From Gemmatimonas sp. (GTDB lineage Bacteria; Gemmatimonadota; Gemmatimonadetes; Gemmatimonadales; Gemmatimonadaceae): 64,000 nt of DNA. Below the pieces are notes generated by a model. It made no database searches. It had not been told where the DNA came from and saw only the letters and a list, made by a program, of their open reading frames with translations. A program made the position numbers and the translations under genes. Of this stretch, positions 1-10,799 are shown piece by piece (within the stretch, counting starts at the first letter, position 1; each line of letters starts with the position of its first letter). The DNA is taken from NCBI GenBank assembly GCA_031414535.1, contig JANNVQ010000054.1:32001-96000 (forward strand). The letters are read 5' to 3'.

Positions 1-2769
1 GCGCGCGGGCGCGGCGAGCACATACTGCAGGCCAGCGGAATCCGTCGCGGCGCGATAGCCGAGCCGCACGGCAGCGGCGCCCACTTCTTGCTCACTGCCA
101 GTCGTGACCTCATCGCTCTCCGCCAGCGTCGCCATCACGCTCGGGGGCAAGAGCCGGCCGACGGGAGCCAAAGCATCCAGCAAGGGATCACTCGTGGCGA
201 GGAGCAAACCCTGTGCATAGAGGAACAGCGGCGTCTCGAACCGCGCCGAAGCTTGAGCCAAAGTCACGTCCTGCGCGGCCACGGCGCGCAGGGTCTCACG
301 CACCAAGAGATCGCGCGACTGTCGGTCGTCTGCGTTCAGGCGACGGAACGACCAAAGGCCAAAGAGTAGCGAAGGCACGAGGAAGGCCACGAATAGCGCG
401 GCGGAGAGCCGCGCTCGGTAGCTGCCCAACAGTTCGCGGCGCCGCTGCCGCCACCAGCGAGGCAACGCACCCTCGGCGGCGACGATGAGCAACCAGATGC
501 TACCGAGCACCGCCAGATCCACTAGGACGAGCAGCACCCCGCGCGTCACCAGCGCACCAAACGATCGCAGGTCCACAACGGCGTGCAAGCGCCGTGAAAG
601 TCCAGCGCTGCTCGGCAGTTCCCAGTCCCCATGCAACTCGTTCCCGTTTCGCGTCCAGCGACCGCGGCCCGACGCGTTAGCGCTCCCGACTTCTGGGGCG
701 GCATCGCCAATGCGCAAGGCATACGGTGGCTCCGGCGCAGGGGGAGGCGTGAAGCCCAGTAAGGCGCCGAAAGGATCTTGCGCGACGAGACGTGAGCGCG
801 GTGCCACCACGATGGTGGTAGCCGATCCGTCGGCGTGCGGGAGCGCAAGGATGACGTGCAGTCCTGGATTGCCCTGCGTCTCGGTGAGGATTGGCGTCAG
901 GCGTCGCTGCGCCTCTGCGGCAATGAGATTCACGCCCGGCGTGACGCCAGCGGCGCGACCCACCGTCAGTTCCGCGATCAAAGATCCGTCCGCATCCCAA
1001 GTCGCCATCTCGGTGGGATACTCAGCGCGTGCGAGCTCGGTGCGTGCGAGCTGCGCGAGCAGCTCGACGCGGCTCCGGGCCGCGCGGCTCGGGTCCAGAG
1101 ATTCGGCAAAGCGGTCAAGCAATACCGCGCGATCCCGATCGGGGCGCTCGAGTCCCTGCACGTCACGCACGGCGAGGTCCACGCGCTCGCGCACGGCAGA
1201 GAACCAGGTGAGCGTGGTGGCGCCGAACGCCGCCACCAGCGCCACGGGCACCACGATGGCCCGAGCGCGCCGCGTGATGGCGAGCGCAGCAATGGCTGCG
1301 GCCCAGAGCACGGTATATGCCTGAGGGAATCGTCCCGGGGCCTCGAGCAGCAGGGGCGCGAGGAAAGCCGCCACCATCGCGAGGGCTGGCGCGCTCCAGA
1401 GTGGAAGTCCGCGATCGCCGCCCAGTGCACTCTGACCCGCCGTCACCCCGAGAAGCAGCACAGTGACCGAAGCAAGAAACAGCGTCACCTGCCACGAGAG
1501 CCACAGGTCCACGGGCACCCCGACCGCTGGGACCTGCACGCCGCCGGCAAGCTCACGAAGCAGGAAGGGCCCTAAGCCCGCGATGATAATGACGGCGAAC
1601 GCACCTTGCGTCCGCGAGAGAAAACGTGGACGCGCTCGGCGTAGCGTCAGCAGCGCCAGAAGCATCAAGGCCGCGGTGAGGGCCAATGCCGCCGCGTTGG
1701 CCGTGTAGCGGCCACCAGCCGTCACGAGGTAGAACGTCGGGTCAAACACCGTGCTCAGGTTAGAGAACACGCTGAGCGGTAACAGCGTCGGCAACGCCAA
1801 ACCCGCGGCGATGGCGAGCACCCGAGGCCGATGTCCGAGGTCTCGCCGCCACGCCAAGGCGAGCAAGGCCAAGAGCATGAGAAAGAGCGAGGCACCAAGC
1901 CAGGGCAAGCTTCGCTCCCAGGCTGATGCGATGAGGTTTTCGACCGTCGGTGTGTTGGCGCGCGCCGCCAGGATGGGCAGACTGTCCACGGCGAGCAGCA
2001 CCGCGTCGGACACGCTCGTGACCGCGTCCGGGGACGCATACACGAAACCGTCCACGCCCGTCTCGCGAGCCACGCGGTCCGCGACGGTATGGGTCAGGGC
2101 ATCAGCGGGGGGTTCGGCGTGAATGACGCTCGTTGCGACGGCAAGGAGCGGCCCGCGTTCGGCAATCGCGTAGGCCACCAAATAGAATGGCGTGCCAATC
2201 ATCCCAGTCCGCGATGGCAGGGAATCGAGGGCAATCAATAGACGGCCACTCCAAGCTTCGGGTCGCCCACCACGCGCCACGATGACGGCCCGCTCGCCTC
2301 CTGGAGGCACAAGATTCGCGAGGGTCGCAAAGGCCACACCCGGCTCCGTAGGCGTAGCCGAGGCCGCCAAGGCAGCCGCCGCGATACGTATCAACGCTTG
2401 GCCTTCGGCCCGCACTTCCACGGCCAACGCGGCCGATGCCTCGCGCGCGAGGGCCTCTCGAATGGCGGGCCCTCGACGCTCCAAAGCCGCCACAGCACGG
2501 TGGTATTGGATGGCCGTGAATGCGAAAACGGCGGCGGCGAGCGTGAATACGAGCCTCCGCAGGAAAGCCACCCGGCGGTCCCTGAAGACCACGATCGCCA
2601 ATACGGCGAGGCCCAGCGCCAGCACCAGCGCGAGGATTCCCGAAGGCGCGCGGAGCCAAAGCGCAGCGGCTACGGTGAACGCGGCCGCACCCCAGAGCCA
2701 GAGCTCGCCTCCGGCTCTGGCTCCCAACCGAGGTTTCGCAATGACCGGTGTTTGGGCCGTCGAGTCCAC
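1..2769 (-). CDS. Large multi-pass membrane protein, probably the N-terminal part of a sensor histidine kinase (runs off left edge)
   Basis: Not in the ORF track. Manual translation from GTG at 2769 gives MDSTAQTPVIAKPRLG... with many hydrophobic helices and ends ...SYRARLSAALFVAFLVP...VLAAPAR at base 1. Antisense shadow ORFs keep one phase throughout. The kinase core is not in the window. Confidence 0.6.
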   Translation of the reverse strand, partial: MDSTAQTPVIAKPRLGARAGGELWLWGAAAFTVAAALWLRAPSGILALVLALGLAVLAIVVFRDRRVAFLRRLVFTLAAAVFAFTAIQYHRAVAALERRGPAIREALAREASAALAVEVRAEGQALIRIAAAALAASATPTEPGVAFATLANLVPPGGERAVIVARGGRPEAWSGRLLIALDSLPSRTGMIGTPFYLVAYAIAERGPLLAVATSVIHAEPPADALTHTVADRVARETGVDGFVYASPDAVTSVSDAVLLAVDSLPILAARANTPTVENLIASAWERSLPWLGASLFLMLLALLALAWRRDLGHRPRVLAIAAGLALPTLLPLSVFSNLSTVFDPTFYLVTAGGRYTANAAALALTAALMLLALLTLRRARPRFLSRTQGAFAVIIIAGLGPFLLRELAGGVQVPAVGVPVDLWLSWQVTLFLASVTVLLLGVTAGQSALGGDRGLPLWSAPALAMVAAFLAPLLLEAPGRFPQAYTVLWAAAIAALAITRRARAIVVPVALVAAFGATTLTWFSAVRERVDLAVRDVQGLERPDRDRAVLLDRFAESLDPSRAARSRVELLAQLARTELARAEYPTEMATWDADGSLIAELTVGRAAGVTPGVNLIAAEAQRRLTPILTETQGNPGLHVILALPHADGSATTIVVAPRSRLVAQDPFGALLGFTPPPAPEPPYALRIGDAAPEVGSANASGRGRWTRNGNELHGDWELPSSAGLSRRLHAVVDLRSFGALVTRGVLLVLVDLAVLGSIWLLIVAAEGALPRWWRQRRRELLGSYRARLSAALFVAFLVPSLLFGLWSFRRLNADDRQSRDLLVRETLRAVAAQDVTLAQASARFETPLFLYAQGLLLATSDPLLDALAPVGRLLPPSVMATLAESDEVTTGSEQEVGAAAVRLGYRAATDSAGLQYVLAAPAR

Positions 2770-2823
2770 GCGGGAGTATACCCGAGAGTCGGGCGTCCAA
2801 GACAGGGCGACTAGATTCCCTGT

Positions 2824-3522
2824 GTGCCGCTACTCCGACTCCTCCTGCTGCTCGCCGTCGTAACGCCTACCCTACCGGCACAGGTGACAATCCTCGACGA
2901 GGGCACCTTTTCGCGTTCCGTGAACGGGACGCGAGTGGGCCGTGAGGATTTCAGCATCCGTGCGGCTCGGTCCACGCCGGGCGCAGTGTTCGTTGCACAG
3001 GCGAACGTCCTCGAAGGCGAACAGCGCCGAACAGTAGTCCTCAATGCCGACTCACTGGGTGGTCCCGTCCGCTTCCAACTGGAGTCCCGCGAGGCCAATA
3101 CGGTGGTCGGTAGCGTGGTTGGAGAACGTCAGCGTTCTCTCTGGTCAGGACGTATTCTCACCCAGAGACGGGAATCCGCGCGCGAGCTTCCCCTTCCTGC
3201 TGACGTGTTCATCGCGGAAGCGGGGGTCGTACATGCGCTGTGGTTCGTGTTGCGGTTTGGGCAGGATCGAGACGTGGTGCTTTTCGCGCCCAGCGGCCCC
3301 TCCCAAGACACGGTCCGCATCAGCAAGGGGAGTACAGACAGCGTGACGGTGGCCGGCCGGGTGCTCGAGGCCGTGCGCTGGACCCTCCACGATGCAGGTG
3401 ATGGCAGGTTGCTTTGGGAGATTTGGCTGGACGCGGCGGGACGGATTCTGCGGGCTCGACATCCGGCCACGGGGCTGGAGGCCCTCCGCGACGATCCACC
3501 GTCTGAAACCACCAGCCGGTAG
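2824..3522 (+). CDS. Exported hypothetical protein
   Basis: Signal peptide MPLLRLLLLLAVVTPTLPAQ; beta-rich mature part; TAGATT 6 nt before GTG. Confidence 0.7.
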   Translation: MPLLRLLLLLAVVTPTLPAQVTILDEGTFSRSVNGTRVGREDFSIRAARSTPGAVFVAQANVLEGEQRRTVVLNADSLGGPVRFQLESREANTVVGSVVGERQRSLWSGRILTQRRESARELPLPADVFIAEAGVVHALWFVLRFGQDRDVVLFAPSGPSQDTVRISKGSTDSVTVAGRVLEAVRWTLHDAGDGRLLWEIWLDAAGRILRARHPATGLEALRDDPPSETTSR

Positions 3523-3573
3523 GGCGCGTACACTGGGCAGAGTCCCTCTTTAATTACGACCAGGAAATCCTCG

Positions 3574-4932
3574 ATGCGTCCGTTTGTATCTCTAATGCTG
3601 GTGCTGGTGGCGGCACTGAACGTCGGGGCGCAGGCCGCGCCGACGAGTACGCTGACCCTCGACCAAGCCCTCGAGATCGCCGCGAAGAACAATCCGGCCT
3701 ATCAGCAGGCTCTCCTCGGTCGGAATCGCGCGCAAGCGCAGGTTCGAGCCGCCTACGGCACCTTGCTGCCAAGTGCAGACGCATCCGGAAGCCTCGGGTT
3801 TCGTGAAGGCCGTCCACAGAACTTCGGCGGCTTGTCCTTCGGCGCGAGTTCGGACATCGTCTCGTCCAACTGGAATCTCTCAGCCAACTCGCGGCTCTCC
3901 TGGAACACGTTCAACCAGATCCGCCGCGCCAATGCCTCACTGGACGCCGCTGATGCGGACGTGGCAGCGGCTCAGTTCCAGCTCAGCGCCCAAGTACAGC
4001 AGCAGTTCCTGCTCGCGCTCCAAACGCAGGCGCGCGCGGATTTTCAAGACACGCTCGTTGTCCAGCAGCGCCTCCAACTCGAACTCACGCAGGCCCGCGC
4101 TGGCGTGGGCTCGCTGACCTCGCTTGATGTGAAGCGCGCTGAGGTGGGACTCGGCCAGCAAGAAGTCGCCGCACTGCGTGCCCGTAACACTGCGGACGTT
4201 GCCAAGCTGCAGTTGTACCAGCAGCTCGGCGTGACCATGCCGGAGCGCGTGAGTCTCACCGCCAACCTGACGATGGCGCCGGTCACGATGACCGTGACCG
4301 ACCTCCTCGAGACGGCCCGCCGCGTCAATCCGGCGCTCAAGGCCGTGAATGCCCGCGCCGAGGCGGCGCAGGCCAACGTCAACGCCGCTCGCGGCGAGTA
4401 CACGCCCACCCTGAGCTTCAGCGCGAATGTCTCGGCCTTCACGCAGAAGCAATTGGATTTCGACACCACTGGGCTGCCCCCGGCCCAGCAGGCGCAAATC
4501 CTTGCATCCAACGCGCGCTATCCGTTCGACTTCACGCGCAATCCTTACAATCTCTCAATGGGGCTTTCGATCCCGTTGTTTGACGGCTTCGGTCGCGAGA
4601 CTCGCCTCCAAGAAGCCAACGCGTTCCGCGAAGACGCCCGTTACAGCATTCGGCGTCAGGAGCTTCAGCTCACGGCCGACGTCACGTCGGCCTTTGTGAC
4701 GCTACAGGCTGCGTTCCGCGCCGCTGAACTCCAGCAGCGCACCGCCGTCACCGCACGGGAGGCATTGCAGCTGGCCGAGGAGCGTTACCGCGTTGGAGCT
4801 TCAACCTTCGTGGACCTTACGACGGCGCGCAGTGAGTTTGAGCGCGCCGAGACGGACCGCATTGATGCCGTATATGAATTCCACCGGGCGTTCGCGGCGT
4901 TGGAGAACGCCGTCGGCCGCTCGCTTCGCTGA
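3574..4932 (+). CDS. TolC-family outer membrane efflux protein
   Basis: Signal peptide; LTLDQALEIAAKNNP; two OEP-like halves; ERYRVGASTFVDL; precedes MFP and ABC genes. Confidence 0.92.
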   Translation: MRPFVSLMLVLVAALNVGAQAAPTSTLTLDQALEIAAKNNPAYQQALLGRNRAQAQVRAAYGTLLPSADASGSLGFREGRPQNFGGLSFGASSDIVSSNWNLSANSRLSWNTFNQIRRANASLDAADADVAAAQFQLSAQVQQQFLLALQTQARADFQDTLVVQQRLQLELTQARAGVGSLTSLDVKRAEVGLGQQEVAALRARNTADVAKLQLYQQLGVTMPERVSLTANLTMAPVTMTVTDLLETARRVNPALKAVNARAEAAQANVNAARGEYTPTLSFSANVSAFTQKQLDFDTTGLPPAQQAQILASNARYPFDFTRNPYNLSMGLSIPLFDGFGRETRLQEANAFREDARYSIRRQELQLTADVTSAFVTLQAAFRAAELQQRTAVTAREALQLAEERYRVGASTFVDLTTARSEFERAETDRIDAVYEFHRAFAALENAVGRSLR

Positions 4933-4946
4933 GGTTTGAGCTCGTC

Positions 4947-6221
4947 ATGACTAAGAAGACCAAGATTGGAATCGCCATCGTCGTCGTCGTTGCCATCGGC
5001 GCCGTGGTGGCTTCCGCTGCGGCCAAAGGCAAGAACAAAGGCGCGATGGTGCGCATCGAGGCCGTGGAGGCGCGCGACCTCGTCGCCTCGGTGACGGCTT
5101 CGGGACAGGTGCTCCCCACGCGAAAGGCGGATCTCTCCGCCGACATCACCGGACGCATCACGCGCATCTCCGTGAAGGAAGGCGATGAAGTTCGCGAGGG
5201 GCAGTTCCTCCTCCAGATTGACCCGCAGCAGTTCTCCGCGCAGGTGCAGCGCGCCGAGGCCTCGTTGGCCAACGCCCGCGCCGGCCTGGCACAGTCGCGC
5301 GCGAACCTCTTGCAGGCCCAGCGCAATTACGAGCGGCAGCAGGAGATTCGGAAGACCAACGAGGCGCTCGTCTCCGCCGCAGAACTTGAGCAGTTAGAAA
5401 CGCAGTTCGAAGTAAACCAAGCGCTCCAGACGGCCGCACAGGAGAACGTGAAGCAGGCCGAGGCCTCGCTCACGGACGCACGTTGGCAGCTCTCGCGGAC
5501 GACGATTTACGCGCCCATGACCGGCCGCGTGACGCGCTTGAACGTGGAAGTCGGCGAAACGGCCATCATGGGCACCATGAATCGCGACCAGGCCATCTTG
5601 CTCACGATCTCGGACATGTCTGTGCTCGAGACCAAGGTGAAGGTGGACGAGACTGACGTTTCGCGCATTAGCCTCGGCGACTCGGCCGTCGTGCAAATCG
5701 ACGCCTTCCCTGATACGACCTTCATCGGTCGCGTCGTGGAGATTTCGAACAGCTCGGTGCGCGGCGCGACGGCCAGCACCACCGACCAAGCGATTGACTA
5801 CGAAGTGACCGTCCGCATCCTCAACGCGCCGCCCGAGACTCGCCCGGACTTCTCGTCCACGGCCAAGATTGTCACGGACTCGCGCGCGCAAGTTCTCTCG
5901 ATTCCGATCATCGCGCTGACCGTCCGTGAAAACGAAGCCTTGGCGACCAATGACGCCGCGCCCAACGCGGCGCAGAGCACCACGCCTCAGGTGGGCAAGC
6001 GCGACGTCGAAGGTGTGTTCGTCGTCGGCGCTGACAATAAGGTCACCTTCCGCCCCGTGCGGGTCGGCATCGCCGGTGAGAAGCACTTTGAAGTCCTCGA
6101 GGGGCTTGAGGCCGGCACCCGCATTGTTGCAGGTACCTATCAGGCCATCCGCGAGTTGAAGGATGGGCAGGTCATCCGTGAGCAGCCAGCCGCCACCGCG
6201 ACAGAAACCAAGACCCCGTAA
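4947..6221 (+). CDS. Periplasmic adaptor (MacA/HlyD-family membrane fusion protein)
   Basis: N-terminal TM; lipoyl halves ITGRITRISVKEGDEV and IYAPMTGRV; coiled coil; VDETDV. Confidence 0.93.
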   Translation: MTKKTKIGIAIVVVVAIGAVVASAAAKGKNKGAMVRIEAVEARDLVASVTASGQVLPTRKADLSADITGRITRISVKEGDEVREGQFLLQIDPQQFSAQVQRAEASLANARAGLAQSRANLLQAQRNYERQQEIRKTNEALVSAAELEQLETQFEVNQALQTAAQENVKQAEASLTDARWQLSRTTIYAPMTGRVTRLNVEVGETAIMGTMNRDQAILLTISDMSVLETKVKVDETDVSRISLGDSAVVQIDAFPDTTFIGRVVEISNSSVRGATASTTDQAIDYEVTVRILNAPPETRPDFSSTAKIVTDSRAQVLSIPIIALTVRENEALATNDAAPNAAQSTTPQVGKRDVEGVFVVGADNKVTFRPVRVGIAGEKHFEVLEGLEAGTRIVAGTYQAIRELKDGQVIREQPAATATETKTP

Positions 6222-6230
6222 GGAGCCAGC

Positions 6231-7034
6231 GTGACCACCGAGAACGAGTACGAAGCACCACTGAGCACGACGGCCGAACGAAAGGCGGTCGTGACCTCGG
6301 CCGGCGACGCCCCTGGCAAGGAATGGGTCATCGTCACGCGCGGGTTGAAGCGCGAGTACGACATGGGCGGCGAAATCGTCCGCGCGCTTCGCGGCGTGGA
6401 TCTCGCCGTGAAACGCAATGAATACGTGGCAATCATGGGCCCCTCAGGTTCGGGCAAGTCCACGTTCATGAACATTGTCGGCTGCCTAGATACGCCGAAT
6501 GAGGGCGAGTACTGGCTCAACGGCCAGCTCGTCTCGACGATGAAAGACGATGAACTCGCTCGCGTGCGCAACAAGGAGATTGGCTTCGTCTTCCAGACGT
6601 TTAACCTCCTGCCCCGCGCCTCGGCCTTGCACAACGTGGAACTGCCCTTGGTGTACGCCGGCGTTTCCGCCAGTGAGCGCAAAGAGCGCGCGATGGACGC
6701 GCTGACCAAGGTGCAGTTGGGCGAGCGCGTGCATCACCGGCCAAACGAACTCTCCGGCGGTCAGCGCCAGCGCGTGGCCATCGCCCGTGCCCTCGTAAAC
6801 CGTCCCTCCATCCTGCTCGCCGACGAACCGACCGGCAACCTGGATTCCACAACCTCTGAAGAAATCATGCGCGTATTCGAGAACCTCGCGGACACGGGCC
6901 AGACGGTCATCATGGTGACGCACGAGCCAGACATCGCCGCACACGCGCGGCGCGTGGTCGTGCTGCGTGACGGCCAGATCGCCAGCGACGAGCGTCGCGC
7001 GGCGTTCACTGAGAAGCTCGGCATCACGCTCTAA
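6231..7034 (+). CDS. ABC transporter ATP-binding protein (MacB/LolD type)
   Basis: Walker A GPSGSGKS, signature [24 protein letters not shown]. Confidence 0.96.
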   Translation: MTTENEYEAPLSTTAERKAVVTSAGDAPGKEWVIVTRGLKREYDMGGEIVRALRGVDLAVKRNEYVAIMGPSGSGKSTFMNIVGCLDTPNEGEYWLNGQLVSTMKDDELARVRNKEIGFVFQTFNLLPRASALHNVELPLVYAGVSASERKERAMDALTKVQLGERVHHRPNELSGGQRQRVAIARALVNRPSILLADEPTGNLDSTTSEEIMRVFENLADTGQTVIMVTHEPDIAAHARRVVVLRDGQIASDERRAAFTEKLGITL

Positions 7035-7052
7035 GCACAGCAGAACACCTCC

Positions 7053-8297
7053 GTGCCCATCTTCGAGGCGGTGCGTCTCGCCCTCAATACCATCCGCGTG
7101 CAGAAGCTGAAGAGTTTCTTCACGCTGGCCGGTGTCTGCATCGGCGTGATGTTCCTCATCACGGTGGTCAGCATCATCGAGGGCATGGGCCGGTATATGA
7201 AGGAGGATTTGGTCGGCAAGCTCATTGCTGTGAATTCCTTTGAGTTGCGCCGCGCGCCGAACATCAATCTCGGCGACGTAGACCAGGCGGAGTGGGACTC
7301 GTGGCGTCGCCGTCCGCGACTGTACGTCTCGGATTTGTTGCCAGTGGTGGAGGCGCTGCCCGAAGGCACGCGCTGGGCCCAGGAATCGGAGAGCAACGTC
7401 ACGGCCGTCACGCGCTTTGCGCGGCCTCGCCAGACCAATGCCATTGGCATTGACGGCGACTGGTTCGCCATCAAGAAACTGGCGTTGCAGGATGGTCGAG
7501 AGTTCACCGCGCTGGAACTCTCGCAGGGTGAGAACGTGGTCATTATCGGGCCGGATATGGTTGACCGCGCCTTTCCAGGCCTCGATCCAATCGGCCGAGA
7601 GATTCGCATCGGTAGCACGCCCTACCGCGTGATTGGCGTGACGGAGTCACGTGGATCGGCGTTCGGCATCTCGTTTGACAACTTTGTCATCGCGCCGTGG
7701 CGCTCGCCGATTCGCAAGCTTTTGAATCCCGCCTCGCAGATGATTGACGCGGTCGTGATCCAGGCGGACAACCAAGCCGTGCTGATGGAGGCGCAGGAGC
7801 GGGTCCGCGCCGTCATGCGCACGCGCCACGGGCTGCGGCCGAGTGAGACGGATGACTTCGCCATGCAGACTTCAGAGAGTGCTCTCGAGTTCTGGAACAA
7901 GATCGAAGGCTACTTGGTGATTGCCGGAGTGGCCTTGCCCGCGATTGGACTCGTCGTCGGCGCGATTGTCATCATGAACATCATGCTCGTCGCGGTTGCG
8001 GAGCGTACACGAGAGATTGGCATTCGTAAGGCGCTCGGTGCGAAGCGCCGAGACATCCTGGCGCAGTTCCTCGTGGAGTCGGCGACGCTGAGCACCCTTG
8101 GTGCGCTGATGGGCATCGCGCTGGGCATCGGGCTCGCGGAGGCCATCGCGGCGGTCACGCCGCTGCCGGCAAGTGTCGCGCCCTGGTCCATCGTCGTCGG
8201 CGTTGCCGTCGGCATGGGCGTCGGTATCGTGTCTGGCGTGTATCCGGCGAGCCGCGCATCGCGCCTCGATCCCGTCGTCGCACTGCGTCAGGAGTAG
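7053..8297 (+). CDS. MacB/FtsX-type ABC permease (type A, pair 1)
   Basis: KLKSFFTL, periplasmic domain, IMNIMLVAVAERTREIGIRKALGA, ends LRQE. Confidence 0.93.
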   Translation: MPIFEAVRLALNTIRVQKLKSFFTLAGVCIGVMFLITVVSIIEGMGRYMKEDLVGKLIAVNSFELRRAPNINLGDVDQAEWDSWRRRPRLYVSDLLPVVEALPEGTRWAQESESNVTAVTRFARPRQTNAIGIDGDWFAIKKLALQDGREFTALELSQGENVVIIGPDMVDRAFPGLDPIGREIRIGSTPYRVIGVTESRGSAFGISFDNFVIAPWRSPIRKLLNPASQMIDAVVIQADNQAVLMEAQERVRAVMRTRHGLRPSETDDFAMQTSESALEFWNKIEGYLVIAGVALPAIGLVVGAIVIMNIMLVAVAERTREIGIRKALGAKRRDILAQFLVESATLSTLGALMGIALGIGLAEAIAAVTPLPASVAPWSIVVGVAVGMGVGIVSGVYPASRASRLDPVVALRQE

Positions 8298-8300
8298 CCC

Positions 8301-9554
8301 GTGAGCCTCAGCGCCCGGATCTACAACATTACGGAAGGCGTGCGCATCGCCGTCGAGAGCATCGTCGGCAACAAGGTGCGGGCGGGCCTGACCATTCTCG
8401 GTGTCGCTGTGGGTGTGTTCGTCGTGGTTGTGATCTCGGCGGCGGTGCACGGCATCAACATGAGCGTAGCTAAGGACTTCGAATCCACGGGACCGACAAC
8501 CTTTTTCGTGTCGCGCTATCCCATCAGCTTCGAGGCCTGCGACGGTACGGAAGACACCTGCGCGTGGCTGCGGAACCCGTCCATCACGTGGGACGAGGTG
8601 AACCGCGTGTCCACGCTTGAGAACGCGGCGGCTGTGGGCGTTCGCATGGATTGGAGCGGCGCGTTCAAGTATCGCGATCAACTGCTGCCCTCGGCATCGA
8701 TTGAAGCCTACACAGCCAACTGGAGCCTCTTCGGCGCTCCGGAGATGCAGCCGGGGGGCCGCGTGTTCACCGATCAGGAGTTCCGCTCGGCGGCGCGCGT
8801 GGTCGTCCTCAACACGACGGCCGCCGAACGCTTGTTTGGCGACAGCGATCCGCTCGACAAGACGATGACGGTGAACGGCATCCCGTTCCAGGTTATCGGC
8901 ATCTACAAGGACAACGCGTCGTTCCTCGCTGGCGGCGATCGCCCCAAGGGCGTGATGCCGGTGACGACGTTGCAGCGCGCCCTCAACGTGCGACGCAGCG
9001 ATATGGGACTTGTGATTAAGCCACGAGCGGGAGTGGAGCGCGACCTGATGGTGGACGAGGTGACGGCCACCCTTCGTGGTATGCGCGGCCAGCGCCCAAC
9101 CGAGGAGTCGAGCTTCGCCATCATCACGCAGGACAAGCTCATGGAGACCTACGACAAGATCTTCGGCATGTTCTTTCTCGTGATGATTGCGCTGTCCGCC
9201 GTGGGCTTGATTGTGGGCGGGGTGGGCGTGGTCGCCATCATGATGATCTCCGTGACCGAGCGTACCCGTGAGATCGGGGTACGAAAGGCCCTTGGCGCGA
9301 CGCGCCTGACAATCCTCTGGCAGTTCTTGATTGAAGCGGTCACCCTCACCGGCATCGGGGCCGTCATTGGCCTCGGCGGCGGCTGGTTGGTGGCTTTCCT
9401 GATTCGGACCGGCACGAGCATTGAGGCGAGCATCCCGCCGGGTGCGGTGGTGGCATCGCTGTTGGCCAGTGCGGTCACTGGCGTATTGTTCGGTATGATT
9501 CCCGCGGCGCGCGCCGCCAAGTTGGATCCAGTGGAAGCCCTTCGACACGAGTGA
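8301..9554 (+). CDS. MacB/FtsX-type ABC permease (type B, pair 1)
   Basis: NKVRAGLTILG, VGGVGVVAIMMISVTERTREIG, ends LRHE. Confidence 0.93.
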   Translation: MSLSARIYNITEGVRIAVESIVGNKVRAGLTILGVAVGVFVVVVISAAVHGINMSVAKDFESTGPTTFFVSRYPISFEACDGTEDTCAWLRNPSITWDEVNRVSTLENAAAVGVRMDWSGAFKYRDQLLPSASIEAYTANWSLFGAPEMQPGGRVFTDQEFRSAARVVVLNTTAAERLFGDSDPLDKTMTVNGIPFQVIGIYKDNASFLAGGDRPKGVMPVTTLQRALNVRRSDMGLVIKPRAGVERDLMVDEVTATLRGMRGQRPTEESSFAIITQDKLMETYDKIFGMFFLVMIALSAVGLIVGGVGVVAIMMISVTERTREIGVRKALGATRLTILWQFLIEAVTLTGIGAVIGLGGGWLVAFLIRTGTSIEASIPPGAVVASLLASAVTGVLFGMIPAARAAKLDPVEALRHE

Positions 9555-9557
9555 CAC

Positions 9558-10796
9558 ATGCCGCTGATTGAAGCGGTTCGGTTAGCGCTGCAGCAGATCA
9601 GGGTGCAGAAGCTGAAAAGCTTCTTCACCCTGATTGGCGTGATGATCGGCGTCATGTTCCTGATTGCCGTCGTCTCGATTGTCGAAGGGATGAGCGATTA
9701 CGTTGAGAACGATTTCGCCGCTAAGATCATTGGCATCAACACCTTCGACTTCCGGCGATTCCCCAACTTCACGCCAAACGAAGATGATGATGAGTGGCGC
9801 GCATACCTGCGCCGACCACGCATCTTCCAGCCCGACGCCGATGTCGTCGCCGAGGCCTTGGGCTCGCAGTTCCGCGTGGCCCGCGTGAACGAGACGTTCA
9901 TGAACGCCTCCGCGCCGGGCTCACGGCCGCAGTCGGTACAGGCCATCGCCACGGACGAGAGCTACTTCGAGATCAAGCGCTTCGCCATCACGTCAGGCCG
10001 CGCCTTTAATTCGCAGGATGTCGCTTCCGGCAGCAAAGTGGTCGTCATCGGCGACGAGATCGCGAAGTACTATTGGCCGAACCTCGATCCGGTGGGCCGC
10101 GAACTGCGACTGGGCGGCCATGTCTATCAGGTGGTCGGCTTGATTGAGCCGCAGGGCTCGGTGTTTGGGTTCTCGATGGACCGCATGGTCATCGCGCCCT
10201 TCAGCGCGCCGCTGTCCCGCACAATCCGACCGCGCGGCGACATCGGGCGCATTACCGTCCAGGCGAGCAACCGTGAGATTCTCGACGACGGGATGGAAGT
10301 CTCGCGCGAAGCCCTGCGTGGGTTCCGGCGCCTCGGCCCCGGTGAGAAGGACGACTTTGCGCTCGAGACCTCCGATGCCGCGCTCAGCTTCTTCGATGAG
10401 TTGAAGGGCAAGTTGATCCTCTTCGGTACAGCACTTCCGGCCATCGGCCTCGTCGTCGGCGCGATGGTGATTATGAACATCATGCTGGTGGCGGTCTCTG
10501 AGCGCACACGTGAGATCGGCGTACGCAAAGCGTTGGGTGCACGGCGCAAGGACATCATCGCGCAGTTCTTGGTGGAGGCCGCCACGCTCTCGGTAATCGG
10601 CGCCGCTATCGGGGCCTTGCTGGGGATTGGTATTGCGCAGCTCATCGCAGCCGTCACTCCGCTGCCGGCCTCCGTGGCACCGTGGTCGCTGGTAGCCGCG
10701 CTCGTGGTTGGCGCGGGCGTGGGCATCGTCGCCGGCATTTATCCGGCGAGCCGAGCATCACGGCTGGATCCCATCGCCGCGCTGCGGCAGGAATAG
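9558..10796 (+). CDS. MacB/FtsX-type ABC permease (type A, pair 2)
   Basis: Close paralog of 7053..8297; ends LRQE. Confidence 0.93.
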   Translation: MPLIEAVRLALQQIRVQKLKSFFTLIGVMIGVMFLIAVVSIVEGMSDYVENDFAAKIIGINTFDFRRFPNFTPNEDDDEWRAYLRRPRIFQPDADVVAEALGSQFRVARVNETFMNASAPGSRPQSVQAIATDESYFEIKRFAITSGRAFNSQDVASGSKVVVIGDEIAKYYWPNLDPVGRELRLGGHVYQVVGLIEPQGSVFGFSMDRMVIAPFSAPLSRTIRPRGDIGRITVQASNREILDDGMEVSREALRGFRRLGPGEKDDFALETSDAALSFFDELKGKLILFGTALPAIGLVVGAMVIMNIMLVAVSERTREIGVRKALGARRKDIIAQFLVEAATLSVIGAAIGALLGIGIAQLIAAVTPLPASVAPWSLVAALVVGAGVGIVAGIYPASRASRLDPIAALRQE

Positions 10797-10799
10797 GGC

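Noticed and set aside
7872..9557. Long antisense ORFs (this 561-aa one, 35059..36213, 53365..54303, 59315..60289 and others)
   Set aside because: Shadow ORFs expected opposite real genes in high-GC DNA; no recognisable motifs.
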